A DNA stretch of 63,842 bases, filler included, from Craspedostauros australis (GCA_030167865.1; 10 parts of 10 records of this genome joined end to end with filler, not necessarily neighbours in it), one strand, 5' to 3'; counted from the first letter of the whole stretch, positions 11,330-22,488 are shown. Numbers and translations: made by a program. The notes: generated by a model from the sequence alone, not told the origin.

Positions 11330-11488
11330 AAAAATAACGCAAAGATTAGATTACCACTGTGGCATCTGCGCCGTAGGCGCTTTTCTCCGCCTCCTTTAAT
11401 CTTCCCGCTAGGCGGGAAGAGAGCACGGACTCGACATTGCTGTGTGTATATGTATTGTGTCCCCAGAGCGGAGGCGGCATCGCCGTCG

Positions 11489-14400
11489 CTAATCGCCTGG
11501 CTGGGCTGGTTGGACGTGCTGCTTGTACCGTAGCCAGCGACTCAGCGTGCCATGGGCAGCTGGTTCGCCGAGCAGGCGAGCCGCTTGCTCCAGCCATACA
11601 GCGACTTGCGACACTGACGCGCTTACTCCTGGGGCGGTGTCGACGATTCGTTGGCTGCTGGTCGGGGACTCCTCGAGGCGCTGCCGGATTGAAGCCACGC
11701 GTGTTCGCAGCGCTTGCTCCATTTCGGCGTCGGCCGAGTCGTCCTGATGGAATAATGCGTCGTTACGCACCTGCCATTGCTCCCAAGCTATTTTCCAGAT
11801 GCGTCGCACCAATTGGATGGACCACTTTTTGGCCGTTTTCCGTGTTTCCTGTTGCTGTAGAAAGGTCTCCTGCAAGGCGCACCACTCGATGGACAGCAAA
11901 CCCTTCCGAAGGGCCATGCGCCCCACTGTTGCCTGGCTTTGAGTGGCAGATCGCATCCCCGCACTCATATCCGCCGGCTGCAGCAGCATTGTGCCGCTAA
12001 CTTGGCTGCGGAGCGCTGAGATGATGGCTTGCGTGACTCCCGGGCTGGTGGGGTACCGCTGCATCCAACCCCGGATGTCCCTGACATGCCGGCTGGCCGC
12101 CTTAACCCTGACTGGATCTCTGCATTCCCAGAAGTGCGCGCTGCTCTCCGGTTCCCCACAATTGGGACACTTGTCGGAGTCGCGCAGGCCCCATTGCTTC
12201 ATGCGCTGGCCTGTTGCTGCCTCCCCTGCCACGAGCTTGAAAGTGAGAATGCGCTTGGTGTGCTCAAGAGACCTGAGGCCTCCTGCAATTGCTTCCCAAT
12301 GGACTTGATCCGCCTGGTCAACAACTTTCCGCGCAGTTAAGGCTGCGATCGCTGCTTCAGCGGTGGATTCTCCGAAGATGCTATCATACCGAATTGTTGT
12401 CAGCTTGCGTCGGCCGTGAATGGACACCCGCTCTCCGTGGATAGCACTGCCATAGACTCTTGCTTCCGGAAGAGACACGCGCGCCGAGCCCGCCAGTTTG
12501 TCTGCTTCAATATTGAGCTTAGCCCAGTCATCGAGGGTTGCCCATTCTGCTGCGTCATCCTGATGCCCTTTGACATGCTTCCCTGTTACCACGACTGGAA
12601 GACCCTGACTGAGGCTTCGAACTGCCCGTTGCAGATCCGCGTCGGTGGATCGCAGGGACAGATGCCATTCGCCGTCTAGCGCTTTCAGCGCACTTAAGTT
12701 GTCACACCCCAGAGTCATCGATCCCCGCGTCACATTGCATGCTTCGCAGATGACCTCGATGAATACTAGGACTCCGTAGATTCCAGCAAGCTCCGCCCGG
12801 TGCGACTGCATGACCTCATTCGTTGCTGGGGTCCTGTGGGTGAGCCATAGCTTAGTCTCGTCGCCCTGATGGCATGCGCGAATGACTGCGCCCGCTGCTC
12901 CACACCCGTCCGCCACGGATCCGTCGCTGCACGCCGTGAGGGTGCCGGACCGTAGCGAGTGGGCGATGGTATCGACCTTTCCCACCATGTCATGGACATG
13001 TATCGCCCATGATTTGGATGGCGGCATTGCTTCAAGGAGAGCATCGAGCTGAGTCACTGGAGAAGCGTCTGGTGGAATGCCTGGACCCGAGTTAACGACC
13101 ATCAGTCTTCCCTGGGATAGGTACCCGTCGACCACCTCCTGGCCTGAGTTGATAGCTCCTTCAGCAACCTCATATTGTCGCTGCCTCCGGCGCCTGGGCA
13201 TCCTGCGAAAGTGTTGATCGGGTCGCAGAGAATGAGACAGCCGGTCCTCTTGAGCATTGCGAAACACCAAGGGCCTCATCGACGAGAACTCCCTCCATCT
13301 TCCCAGAGGCCGCTCAAGCATGATGGCGCTTGTTCGAGATGCCGGGAAGCACTGGCTGATCGCCTGTCTCCACTGACGCCACTTCGCCGAACTGACATCA
13401 CCCATCGCTGGCCACGTCATGACCGATTGCCTGAGCTGCGTTGGTTCTGGGCCGAGCACGTTGGGGACCAGAGCATCACCTGTGGCATTTACGATGTCTG
13501 ACAGCCAGAAAACCTGCTTCTTCTGCCTGCATAGGTTGACTGCCCGTAGCGTTGACTTGGGTAGCCCCAACTTCATCACTAGATCCATAACTGGAACGTC
13601 GTATTGTCTCAGTGGTGTAACAATAGGTGTCTCGAATCGTATCTGGATGTCCGCCCCATGAGTTTCTCCCCACACCGACTTCATCCAGGACTCTTCGGCG
13701 AGCGGGCCCCACTTGTCGAAGTCCATCTCCATCACTCTGGGAGTGCCTACCTGGAGTGTGAGGATCTCAACTTGCGTTCGTAGCAGCCTTCCGGTGAGCG
13801 AGGGCGTCTGCCAGTGCCGAACGATTGCCTCTATGTGTCGGACTGTCTGCGTATGGTAGAGGTGCGGCACCCCAAGACCTAGACCTTGGGGCGCCCCGAA
13901 TACCAGCGCTCTGGAGACGTTGCGCTGTATGCCAGACGCAGGTAGTGCAGCCTGGAGTATGGGCCGCATGATGCGCTCCGCCGCCGCCTTGGAGAAGGTG
14001 GAACTCAGAAGAGGATACTCGATCGTTTTCCATATAGTCGCCTTCATCGCGATCCACGCATGCACTCGCAGAAGTTTTCCTCGTCGCATTTTATCTGCCC
14101 ATTGCTGTGCTTTCCCGACATAATATGCCTCATTGCTCTCCTGGTTGCCGTCGTGCCGGACCATGACCCCCAGCGCCTTCCGGGCCTGGTCGACATGCAG
14201 CCGCTGGAGCTGCGATTTATCGTTGCTGTCGGGCTGTCGGATGCTGATTTCGCCTGGTTGTTCCTCCACTGTTTTGTATCGCCAACGCTCTCCGTCCCAA
14301 TGGAATGCCATTAGATACCAGTAGCTTTTCCTCGGTTCGAGAGCGCCGCCGGTTGCCCGGAGCATTCCCTCCCACGAATCCACCACTGCTTGGATCTCTG

Positions 14401-17119
14401 CAATGCACTCGTTTGGGTCGGATGCGTCGCTTCGAACCGAATGGATCAAATCCGTGTCGTCGACGAAGGAGAAACATACCAGCCGTGTCGTTGTTTTGGA
14501 GATTGGACTAGTTGCCCTGAAACCATATCCTTGCCGTTGCATTGCCTGCATGAGCGGGGAGCTCATCGACACCCATCCTGCGGGGGAGATACCGAGCCCT
14601 TGGAGCAGACCCTGAAGCTTGGTTCCTTTGGTGGGATACGTTCGCAGCGATCGCCCGAAACTGGTGAGGACATGATGCTTCATTCCTTCAACCGCATTGG
14701 TCACGCTATGGCTGATCCATGGTGGGACTCCAATTCGACCCATACTCATTCGCAGAGGGTTGTGCGCCATTCTGTCGTAGCAACTCTTCGCATCGTTTGA
14801 GCATATGGCACAGGTGGTTCCCGAAATGCGGACGATATCATCGATCATGCGGTTGTTGAGGCTGACTTCCGCCGCACTTCTCTGTTTCCGGCTGCCGTAC
14901 TGCTCCTCTGGAAGCATGTCGTGGCGTTCTGCATGCTGCATCATGATCTTGCCCACCCATTTGAGGTTTGCATTGAAATCTCCTTCCACCAAACTGATGG
15001 TACGGAACCTCGTCACCCTGTAGTTTCCGGCTTCTTTGAGCAGCGTTACATCCTCACACCTTAGCCATCGTTGCAGATTGTACCCGGTTCGAAGAGAAAT
15101 CTCTCTCATTGCCGCATCCACTGCCGCCAGTTGGTCGTCCTTCGCATTGGCCTTCCAGAGACCAAAGTTCAGCCCAGACGGCCCCGACGTGGTGCGCTCG
15201 CGAGCTTTGGACCACAATGCCTGGTGGCTTTCCACAGTGACGCTCAAAAATTCGGCTGGCCATGGGACGGGATGACCGGACAGGAGTTGATCCATCAGCA
15301 TATTGTCGTACGGGCCAAGCCTGTGCTGATGCCGTTGGCGAGCTTGTGTTGCCCCGTGCTGTTGTACATCCTGTTCGAAGCTCCGTTCTTGCAGTGGCGT
15401 GACGTAAGCTTGCCTATACTTGGCTTCATTGGCCTTCATACACTGTTTGATGACGGCTTGTTCGGTGTCGTATACCTCTTCCTCGCCGTCCGCGTTCGTC
15501 GCGATGACCAGTGCCACCTTGCCGTTGGCGTCGTAGTTGCCTGTGACTCTGCGGATGGCCTGGAACGTCTGCACCACTTCCTCTCGCTGGACGATGTTGG
15601 ACAGTGCCGCGGCCACTGTTGTCTTCCCGGCGCGAGCCACTTCTTCGGCTCTTTCTTCCAGAAATGTTTTCCTGTACTCCGCCGCGTCGCGTTTGGCGTG
15701 TTTCCACAGCTGGTGCGCTCGTTGCCGTCTCTCTTGAATCTCCTCCGTGGACAGTGTTGCGGTGCGTATGGTCAGATGTGCCTTCTTTTTTGCTCGGTTA
15801 TACCACCTGGAACTCACAGTCTTCCCTTGGCGTTTCTTCCAAGCCAGATCCCAGAATTGCTTCTCCATTGTTTTGCGTTTTATCTCGGGGGAAAATGGGA
15901 CGTTCCCCAGGAATACTCGCCGTGCTCGTTTCTCAGCATGCAGCATCATGTGCGTTCTGTCTGCATCAATGGATTCTGCCTCTGCGATTTGCTCCTCTGT
16001 AAGACTCACTCCTGCTACTGCTGCCTGTCGTAGATTTTGCACTCTTTGCCCTATTTGCTTGGAGCGATATTGTTTGCGCAACTGCTGCTGGTAGCGTGAC
16101 ACCGTGTTGGGCCGGTTGAGCTGCACTCTACGACCGCTGAATGTTGGCGTGGGCTTGCTTTGTGTGCCGAAAATTGATTCCGACGTGACCTCCACCCACG
16201 CGGTGCGGTGATCCCACGGCCCAAATGCGCTGTAGCCTGCCCGTACAATGTTTAATGACTCTGACACCCATATGCCGTCGATGACTCGATCAGATTGCGC
16301 CCTGATGTTGGTGGACATGCCTGGAGCGTTGGGATGTCGGCTCAATATCGCCTCCTTCATGCCCTGGCGTCGCATCATCTCGGCCATTTGTGACCTGTCG
16401 ACTTGCATGTTGACATCACCGCCGATCACTATTGTCTCCCCTGCACCTCTCCATCCCTGCAGGGCCTCCTCGAGGTCTTGTATGAGCTGCTTGATTGGGG
16501 GTGTATCGTTACCTTGTGATTCCAGCCATGATGCTTGCTGGTTGTACACCGTGCCTGCACTTTTGCCGCCTTTGGATGGGACATAGATGCTGACCATTCG
16601 CACGATTGTGCCTTGCTTCCCGCGCATGGTGAGGCTCGCCCACCTGCCCATTCGCCTCGGATCCTTCTCTTGCGCCGTGACTCTGCCTGATGAGTGTCCT
16701 GTCGTCGTGCATGCTGTGCCTCCCCACTGTCGCCGGCTTCCGTATTGCTCGTGCTCATTGTGAGAGAGGGCATGTCGTTCGGTGTGCATATGTTGTTTCG
16801 CTGCCGCGTTCCAAGACGTGGTCCCTCCCATTTTCGACCAGTTGATGCCGATTTCTGAAAGGAGTGTCACATCAAACTTCATCTGCTTAATCCATTGCCA
16901 CATGTCTCGGTTCTTCCAATGGTTGGACTCGCTTTGGAGGCACCCCACGTTGAGGGCTGCTATTCTCAATATCGAGTGGCCCTTTGTCGCCGTGGAGTCT
17001 CCCCAGTGCTTGTCCTGGAGGTTTCGCCCTTCCTGGCGCGTCCCCTCCGGGGTTGCATCCATTTGGCTTGCGGGGGTGGTTGACGATGCTTCGCCTGCCC
17101 CCAGCCGTGCATTATTCAT
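11489..17119 (-). CDS. LINE ORF2: APE endonuclease, reverse transcriptase, RNase H, C-terminal zinc finger (1876 aa from ATG 17119)
   Basis: APE: LNVG, SE, GGDVN, IDGIW, WDH. RT: EQYGSRK, SNDAKSCYD, LLQG, FVDDTD. RNase H: CSDGS, RAELAG, CDNLSA, HVKGHQD, EADKLA. Zinc finger: CPNC..ESSAHFWEC. No interruptions. Confidence 0.95.
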   Translation of the reverse strand: MNNARLGAGEASSTTPASQMDATPEGTRQEGRNLQDKHWGDSTATKGHSILRIAALNVGCLQSESNHWKNRDMWQWIKQMKFDVTLLSEIGINWSKMGGTTSWNAAAKQHMHTERHALSHNEHEQYGSRRQWGGTACTTTGHSSGRVTAQEKDPRRMGRWASLTMRGKQGTIVRMVSIYVPSKGGKSAGTVYNQQASWLESQGNDTPPIKQLIQDLEEALQGWRGAGETIVIGGDVNMQVDRSQMAEMMRRQGMKEAILSRHPNAPGMSTNIRAQSDRVIDGIWVSESLNIVRAGYSAFGPWDHRTAWVEVTSESIFGTQSKPTPTFSGRRVQLNRPNTVSRYQQQLRKQYRSKQIGQRVQNLRQAAVAGVSLTEEQIAEAESIDADRTHMMLHAEKRARRVFLGNVPFSPEIKRKTMEKQFWDLAWKKRQGKTVSSRWYNRAKKKAHLTIRTATLSTEEIQERRQRAHQLWKHAKRDAAEYRKTFLEERAEEVARAGKTTVAAALSNIVQREEVVQTFQAIRRVTGNYDANGKVALVIATNADGEEEVYDTEQAVIKQCMKANEAKYRQAYVTPLQERSFEQDVQQHGATQARQRHQHRLGPYDNMLMDQLLSGHPVPWPAEFLSVTVESHQALWSKARERTTSGPSGLNFGLWKANAKDDQLAAVDAAMREISLRTGYNLQRWLRCEDVTLLKEAGNYRVTRFRTISLVEGDFNANLKWVGKIMMQHAERHDMLPEEQYGSRKQRSAAEVSLNNRMIDDIVRISGTTCAICSNDAKSCYDRMAHNPLRMSMGRIGVPPWISHSVTNAVEGMKHHVLTSFGRSLRTYPTKGTKLQGLLQGLGISPAGWVSMSSPLMQAMQRQGYGFRATSPISKTTTRLVCFSFVDDTDLIHSVRSDASDPNECIAEIQAVVDSWEGMLRATGGALEPRKSYWYLMAFHWDGERWRYKTVEEQPGEISIRQPDSNDKSQLQRLHVDQARKALGVMVRHDGNQESNEAYYVGKAQQWADKMRRGKLLRVHAWIAMKATIWKTIEYPLLSSTFSKAAAERIMRPILQAALPASGIQRNVSRALVFGAPQGLGLGVPHLYHTQTVRHIEAIVRHWQTPSLTGRLLRTQVEILTLQVGTPRVMEMDFDKWGPLAEESWMKSVWGETHGADIQIRFETPIVTPLRQYDVPVMDLVMKLGLPKSTLRAVNLCRQKKQVFWLSDIVNATGDALVPNVLGPEPTQLRQSVMTWPAMGDVSSAKWRQWRQAISQCFPASRTSAIMLERPLGRWREFSSMRPLVFRNAQEDRLSHSLRPDQHFRRMPRRRRQRQYEVAEGAINSGQEVVDGYLSQGRLMVVNSGPGIPPDASPVTQLDALLEAMPPSKSWAIHVHDMVGKVDTIAHSLRSGTLTACSDGSVADGCGAAGAVIRACHQGDETKLWLTHRTPATNEVMQSHRAELAGIYGVLVFIEVICEACNVTRGSMTLGCDNLSALKALDGEWHLSLRSTDADLQRAVRSLSQGLPVVVTGKHVKGHQDDAAEWATLDDWAKLNIEADKLAGSARVSLPEARVYGSAIHGERVSIHGRRKLTTIRYDSIFGESTAEAAIAALTARKVVDQADQVHWEAIAGGLRSLEHTKRILTFKLVAGEAATGQRMKQWGLRDSDKCPNCGEPESSAHFWECRDPVRVKAASRHVRDIRGWMQRYPTSPGVTQAIISALRSQVSGTMLLQPADMSAGMRSATQSQATVGRMALRKGLLSIEWCALQETFLQQQETRKTAKKWSIQLVRRIWKIAWEQWQVRNDALFHQDDSADAEMEQALRTRVASIRQRLEESPTSSQRIVDTAPGVSASVSQVAVWLEQAARLLGEPAAHGTLSRWLRYKQHVQPAQPGD

Positions 17120-19593
17120 TGGTTGCGCCCCCTTCCTTGCTTGAGTCGGGGGGAACTGAGCCGGCCGCCTGTAATTGGGCGCGCAGCGCTGCGATGATGG
17201 AGTCTTTGCTGGCAATCTCGTTGGATTGTTCTTGCACTCTCTTACGATTGCGTTCCGCCTCCTGGTCTTTCCTTGCTTCTCTCATGACTGCCTCCAGTTC
17301 ATTCTCTATTTCTTCTGCCTCCGTCTGTGAGTCTGGTTGCGTGTACCGTGACGATGCCATTGATTTGCCAAGCTCAGTTGTGAACGTGTAGACCGATTCA
17401 TCCTCCAGCCTTGGCTTCTTTCGCCTTGGCGAGGCCTCTTGATCGTCTTCCATCATGCCCATGCCGTCGATTTGCACTTCTCCAAAGCCTTCGTCGAGCA
17501 GAAAGTCCATCTCCAGTTCCATCTCGGCGTCAACGTAGTCTCTGCTGTCGTCTTTTTGCATGAGACAGCTCATTTCGACGATGTCATCTGAGAACCACGT
17601 GTTGGTTGACGCGTTGATCTCTGTGGCACATCGGACAGCGATGGTGTGGATGATTCCAACTGCTTCCGGGAATCGTTCACCAAATGCGACGATGTGTATG
17701 GCATCTTCTTTACCGTCCGCCATGTGAGTGGTGCTCACGTCGTGGATGAGTGGACATCCCTCTTTGGTCTGCTTTGCCAGGAACTGTCGCAGCGTGATTT
17801 GTTTGGTCTCTGGATCTGTTTCATCGAGCGAGAAGTCTCCCTTGAGCTGTTCGTACTTAAGCTGTCGCACGTATCGCTGGTGTTTCTTGATCATGGCCTT
17901 CACTTTGGTGGCGGTCTTGGCTCCCATGACGGACGTTCCCGGTTTGGGCACGTAGCGGTAGTTCAGCCCCCCACGGTGCGCGTCTCTTTTGTTGAAGATT
18001 TGTCCCAGCATTTTGGATGCCCGTCGAGCGTCTTTGACGTCTGCGTGGATGTGCAGCGCCATCCATGGCGCGTTGTACCAGCTTCCTCCGTTAGCTCTGT
18101 GCTCGTCTTGGACGTCCTCCTGGACTTTTCCGATGAATTTGACTCTACCTCCAACCTTGATCTTCGCTCTGCTTTCCTCCAGCAGTTGGTTGATGATTTC
18201 GAGGGTTTGCTTCGCCTTCGTGAAGTTGCCTGAGTATGCCATGAATCCGATTTCGGTGATGTGCTCCGCGTCCCTTAGGTCTTGGACGTAGGCATATTCT
18301 CCTTCGGTGTAGGATCCTTCCATCTCGTTGCTTCTGCTGGTGAAGATTTGCATGTCGACGTTGGAGGCCAGTAGAATCTGCATGTACACGTCCTCGCTCC
18401 TTGAGCTTGGATTCGCCTTTCCCACGTAGATTCTGAGGTCCTTCCATTGGGCTGGAACTCCCTCTGTTGTTGAGATGCATCCTTTCTTTTTGTTCTTCTT
18501 GTACCACGGGCGTATGACAAGACTCTTGTCCATTTCTTTGGCCTCCTCCCACCACTGTGCGAACCTTGCCTGGAAATCTCTGACCGGCGTGCGAGACCCT
18601 TTCGGGATCTTCAAGCGCATTTCAAATCTTTCGTAGTGGCGCCGCTTGATGTTACCGATCTGCGTCTCCCTTGCCTCCACTGTCGTCCACCCTTGCTTTT
18701 TGGCGGCGTCCTCTCCAGATTCCCCAGATGCGTCTGGTTGGTCAGAAGTAGGATTGGAGCTTGGAAGTGCTGCTGCTGTCGGGGCTTTGACGGTTTTGGG
18801 TCGCTTGGATTTGCCCTCCTTGACTGTGGTTGTGAATGCCGTGAGGTTCGATTGGCGCAAGGGTCGCTTGGTGATGAGCGCCTCGAGGTCGTGACTGCTG
18901 TCGTCGCTATCTTCTTCCATGGGTTCCAATGCTGAGTCAACCTCCGGTGGGCCCAGCTCTTCTGGGTATTGGCTGCCCATGTAGTTGACTGCGGCTGCCC
19001 ACATGATCGTCATCTGATTCGCCATCGTCTTTGGGTGCTCCCCTCATGGTGATGGTCCAAAGCATTTACCAGGGTCAGTGAGAGACAAGTCTGCTATCAT
19101 CTGTTTGATTCCTGTTCGCTTGGGGTCATCCGGTGAGATTTTTGCCTTCCCAAGTTTTGTGATTCTGCCGTCCATCACGACTTGGAAGAACTCAGTGATC
19201 TCTTGGACTGTTGGGACCATTGCCGAGACGAGAGAGGTGTCGTTGCCTTCCCACAGAGCTTTCTGAGACAGCACCTGCTTTGTCTTGTTGTGCAGCGATC
19301 GTCCCGTCTCTCCAAAGACCTCCTCTGCGGTGTATCCTTTGGCTTGCGTGATGACGCTCAATGGGAGTTTTTTTCCAACGAGAAGCGTTGGGAGTTTGCC
19401 ATGTGGTGGCTATCCATCCTTGTTTCTCCAGCTCTACTGCTTCGTTTGCTTTCGGATCTGGCTCTGGCGGTGGCTTTGTCTGCTGGGCTTGTGCTCCGTT
19501 GGTTGTTGCTTCGACTTCCATGTCGTCAACAGCTTTGTCGGTTACGATGCGGACCTGCTTCGTGGTCTTTTTCGCTTGCTGTTTGCGATCCAT
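17112..19593 (-). pseudogene. LINE ORF1 (about 825 aa reconstructed), interrupted by one frameshift and one stop
   Basis: ATG at 19593. A one-base slip in the A7 run (19368-19374) joins it to ORF 19044-19361, which is in frame with ORF 17112-19025 across a single TGA at 19044-19046. Similar to ORF1 at 52934-55662 (PW, GF/WL.YS, ALHI/V motifs). Confidence 0.8.
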
Positions 19594-19717
19594 GGCTGCG
19601 TACAAACTTCTGTAGACTTAGTACCGTGAAATTGTTGATGTGTTCTGTTTTGGATTTTATTGTTGTTACTGTGTGTTTCGGATTTTCGGGTTCTGGTATT
19701 ATGAACTGGGTTGTACA

Positions 19718-20468
19718 GCTCGGACGTTTCAACGTCGCATTTGCAACCTCTTCTCTCTCGCGTTTCACGTCGACACCATGAAAAGGGCATCTCACACGAG
19801 CACTTAAGATATGGGGGTACCTCAAGAACAAATCAACGCTCAGAACCATGATCGACTCAAAGCCCATCGCATTCGAGAACTTCAATCCAGAATCGCCCAA
19901 CCCGGAGATGGTTGCACAGATGAAGGAAGAGTACCCCGAAGCGGCTGAGGACATTGACGATCAGGCACCAGCAGCGATATATCCTGAGATCCAGATGTGC
20001 GCATTCGTTGATGCGGACCATGCACATGACCTGGTCACGCGGAGATCGAACACCGGCATCATCATATTCCTGGGGCGCACCCCAGTGCACTTCTCCAGCA
20101 AACGCCAGACATCAGTCACAACATCAACGTACGGAGCCGAATTCAATGCAATGCGCTCGGCTACCGAGAAAATCATTGCACTCCGATCGCTGGGAGTCAC
20201 AGTCAAAGCGCCAACGATCATGTTCGGCGACAACAATGCAGTGATATCGAACACGACCATTGCAGACAGCTTGCTTCAAAAGAAGCACGTGGCAATCTCA
20301 TTCCACAGAGTCCGCGAAGCGGTGGGAGCTGGAATCCTTGTTCCAGTCTATGTCCCATCGAAGCAGAACTTTGCGGATATGCTCACAAAGGCACTGGCAA
20401 AGCCAGAACTCACATCATTTGTCACAACTCTGTTCTATGCAGGTCTACCTCGAGATCAACGGGCGTGA
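19718..20468 (+). pseudogene. pol: Copia pol, 3' part (RT end and RNase H)
   Basis: FVDADHAHD..TRRSNTG, STYGAEF, FGDN, KKHVAISFH and NFADMLTK. In-frame TGA at 19779-19781. The final stop is the TGA that opens the 3' LTR. Confidence 0.93.
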
Positions 20469-20635
20469 CAATTCTCACTGAATTCCTTACTTCTTACTCT
20501 TTTACTAATCGTACTAGTCAAATACTGGTCAGGGGTTGTCTTCGGACAACACTCACAAATAAACAACAAGAGCTCCGACCAGGGCACGCAACAACGGGCC
20601 AATACGTCTTCCGTAGTTACTTGTACTGTTTGACA
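20466..20635 (+). repeat. 3' LTR of the copia element
   Basis: Direct repeat of 6385-6554, followed by the TSD ACCAC. Confidence 0.97.
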
Positions 20636-21576
20636 ACCACCATGCTCCGCAATTGGCACAATAACCGAGGGGCAGGGGTTGCTTCGGCGACTAACAATCC
20701 AATCAACCATAGATTCAATCAACCAACTGCTCCAGAGTTGATCTTCAAATGGAAGGAGGCCGCTCCCATGATGGGATTCGTTGGCGACAGCGCTGCGAGC
20801 GAAGCGGCTTTCGCACTATCATCATGATGGGCAGTGCCGATCGGCTTCGTCATAGGCCGTGCGTGCAGTCCTCTGTGCCTTCAACATGCCAGCACTGCCA
20901 GCACAAGAATCCCTTGGCCTGCACAGCCGCTGATCGCGAACACTCGAGTCAACTCAGACCGCACAAACAATTCTCGCACCACAACTGGTGCGTGACCACA
21001 TCAGCTCAATGGAACGTGGTTCGTTGTCGTCGTTTGGTGATCCGCATGAGAGCCCGCCAATTTATCGCTCTCACTATTGAATGCGTCATTCTGCAACCAA
21101 GATAAGACGCATTTATACAGACCAATGGTGACACTATCGGAAACGCAGTGGCTTGCCGGTGGGTACCAGGCATGCTCAAATGGCTGGCCGCCACGCATGG
21201 TTTCTGTCGTCTCCTTCAGGCGGGCCGAGGTCTTCATCAGAGCTCGACTCAAAACCGAATGTCGAGCATCCTCAACCGCATCCTTCACTTTCGCCCAGGA
21301 AACCAACGATTGCAGCAGGCATGGGAAGATATCGCCAAGGTGCCGCGATGAACGCGGAAGAAGAGAGCAAACGGGCGGCTCGGATGGTGAAGAATCCCGT
21401 CGGCACTACACTATTGTGGTCTCTGCGAACAATGGCGAAGCATCTTCTGCATCGCCACGAAACGAAAATGGTGAGACGGCACGCCGCGAAGTTTGTGAAA
21501 CAGTATCTGACAGCGGCTCTATTGTGTTGTATACTCTACTCACTGGAAGGCAGTTCTATTCGTACTCCTGTTCCTC

Positions 21577-22280
21577 TCAGAACAACATCACAATGGATCC
21601 TAACGTGGACACAGCCGCCAATGAACCCAACTTCCACGCCAACGCACCATCTGCGCCAGACGCATCAGCCTCACCACCAACGACTTCACTGACATCTTCA
21701 GCAAGGAACTTGTCCAATGCCTTCTGAGCAAAGGAAGAGAGAGCACGCCCACCTCCTCCATTGCTGCCAGCATCATTGCAGTCCAACATGTCAGCCTCAA
21801 AGCCAGGACAGCTGCCGAAGTTGATGTTGTAGAACGCACCCCAACGGTTGGACTGCATCCCGAACAACGCATCCGGGTTCACCTCCAAGTTCTCATGAAC
21901 GATGAAGTCGAAGCACAACGGCGTGAATCGTCCGAAACCGACATCACGGCCGATGTCGAAGCAGATGGTCTGCTTTCCGGTGAAGGTGATGAACTCGAAG
22001 TTATCACGAGGACGCGCGGAAGGGAAGACTTCGAGGTTTGTGTGGAGGCGATTCTTCGCTCCGACTCCCGTTTCGCAGAATGCGAGGAGTTCCTCCGATG
22101 TCGTATGACATTCGGCATCGCCTTCGCAATACTCGAAGGTGGGCGCATCAGCGCTGTTGCTATTGCTGTTGCTGTTTGTCAGGAATCGGGTGTTCTGAAA
22201 CACCATATTGCCGCACCTCCCAAGAGTAAGGAGCCGAACGTGGGGATATTCTACATTACCGCAACTCCCACGTTTGATCA
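21577..22280 (-). CDS. C-terminal part of a Cys-containing extracellular protein with a GPI-anchor-like tail (5' end lost in an N gap)
   Basis: Frame is open from the gap at 22280 to the stop at 21577. Several Cys; ends ..DASGADGALAWKLGSLAAVSTLGSIVMLF* (small-residue site plus hydrophobic tail). Confidence 0.6.
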
Positions 22281-22488
22281 NNNNNNNNNNNNNNNNNNNN
22301 NNNNNNNNNNNNNNNNNNNNNNNNNNNNNNNNNNNNNNNNNNNNNNNNNNNNNNTGACGTTCATGACTCCAATGCAGGAATGCGAATCACACGTGTATGT
22401 CGCAGGGGGCGGGGATGTTGGAATCGTGACCAACATCACGATACGAACAACTACGGCCCCCACATCGCAACCAATGAGATAAGAGTAC

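Larger units (their letters stand above)
11330..19701 (-). mobile_element. Full-length non-LTR retrotransposon (APE-RT-RNase H, Ambal-like) inserted antisense into the copia RT
   Basis: 16-bp TSD TGAACTGGGTTGTACA at 11314-11329 and 19702-19717. Removing the insert restores the copia frame LIGMLNWVVQLGRFNVAF. Confidence 0.96.
6385..20635 (+). mobile_element. Full-length Ty1/copia LTR retrotransposon (CoDi-like), decayed, with a nested LINE
   Basis: Two 170-bp TG...CA LTRs (6385-6554, 20466-20635) with 3 differences. ACCAC target-site duplication at 6380-6384 and 20636-20640. Domain order gag, PR, INT, RT, RH. Confidence 0.97.

Noticed and set aside
19368..19374. Programmed frameshift in LINE ORF1 (also at 53245-53251)
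   Set aside because: The slips are at different positions and in opposite directions in the two families and fall in homopolymers, so mutation or sequencing error is more likely.
21593..22280. Plus-strand gene starting MDPNVDTAA
   Set aside because: It hits stops quickly. The minus-strand frame is open throughout and has a coherent GPI-like end.
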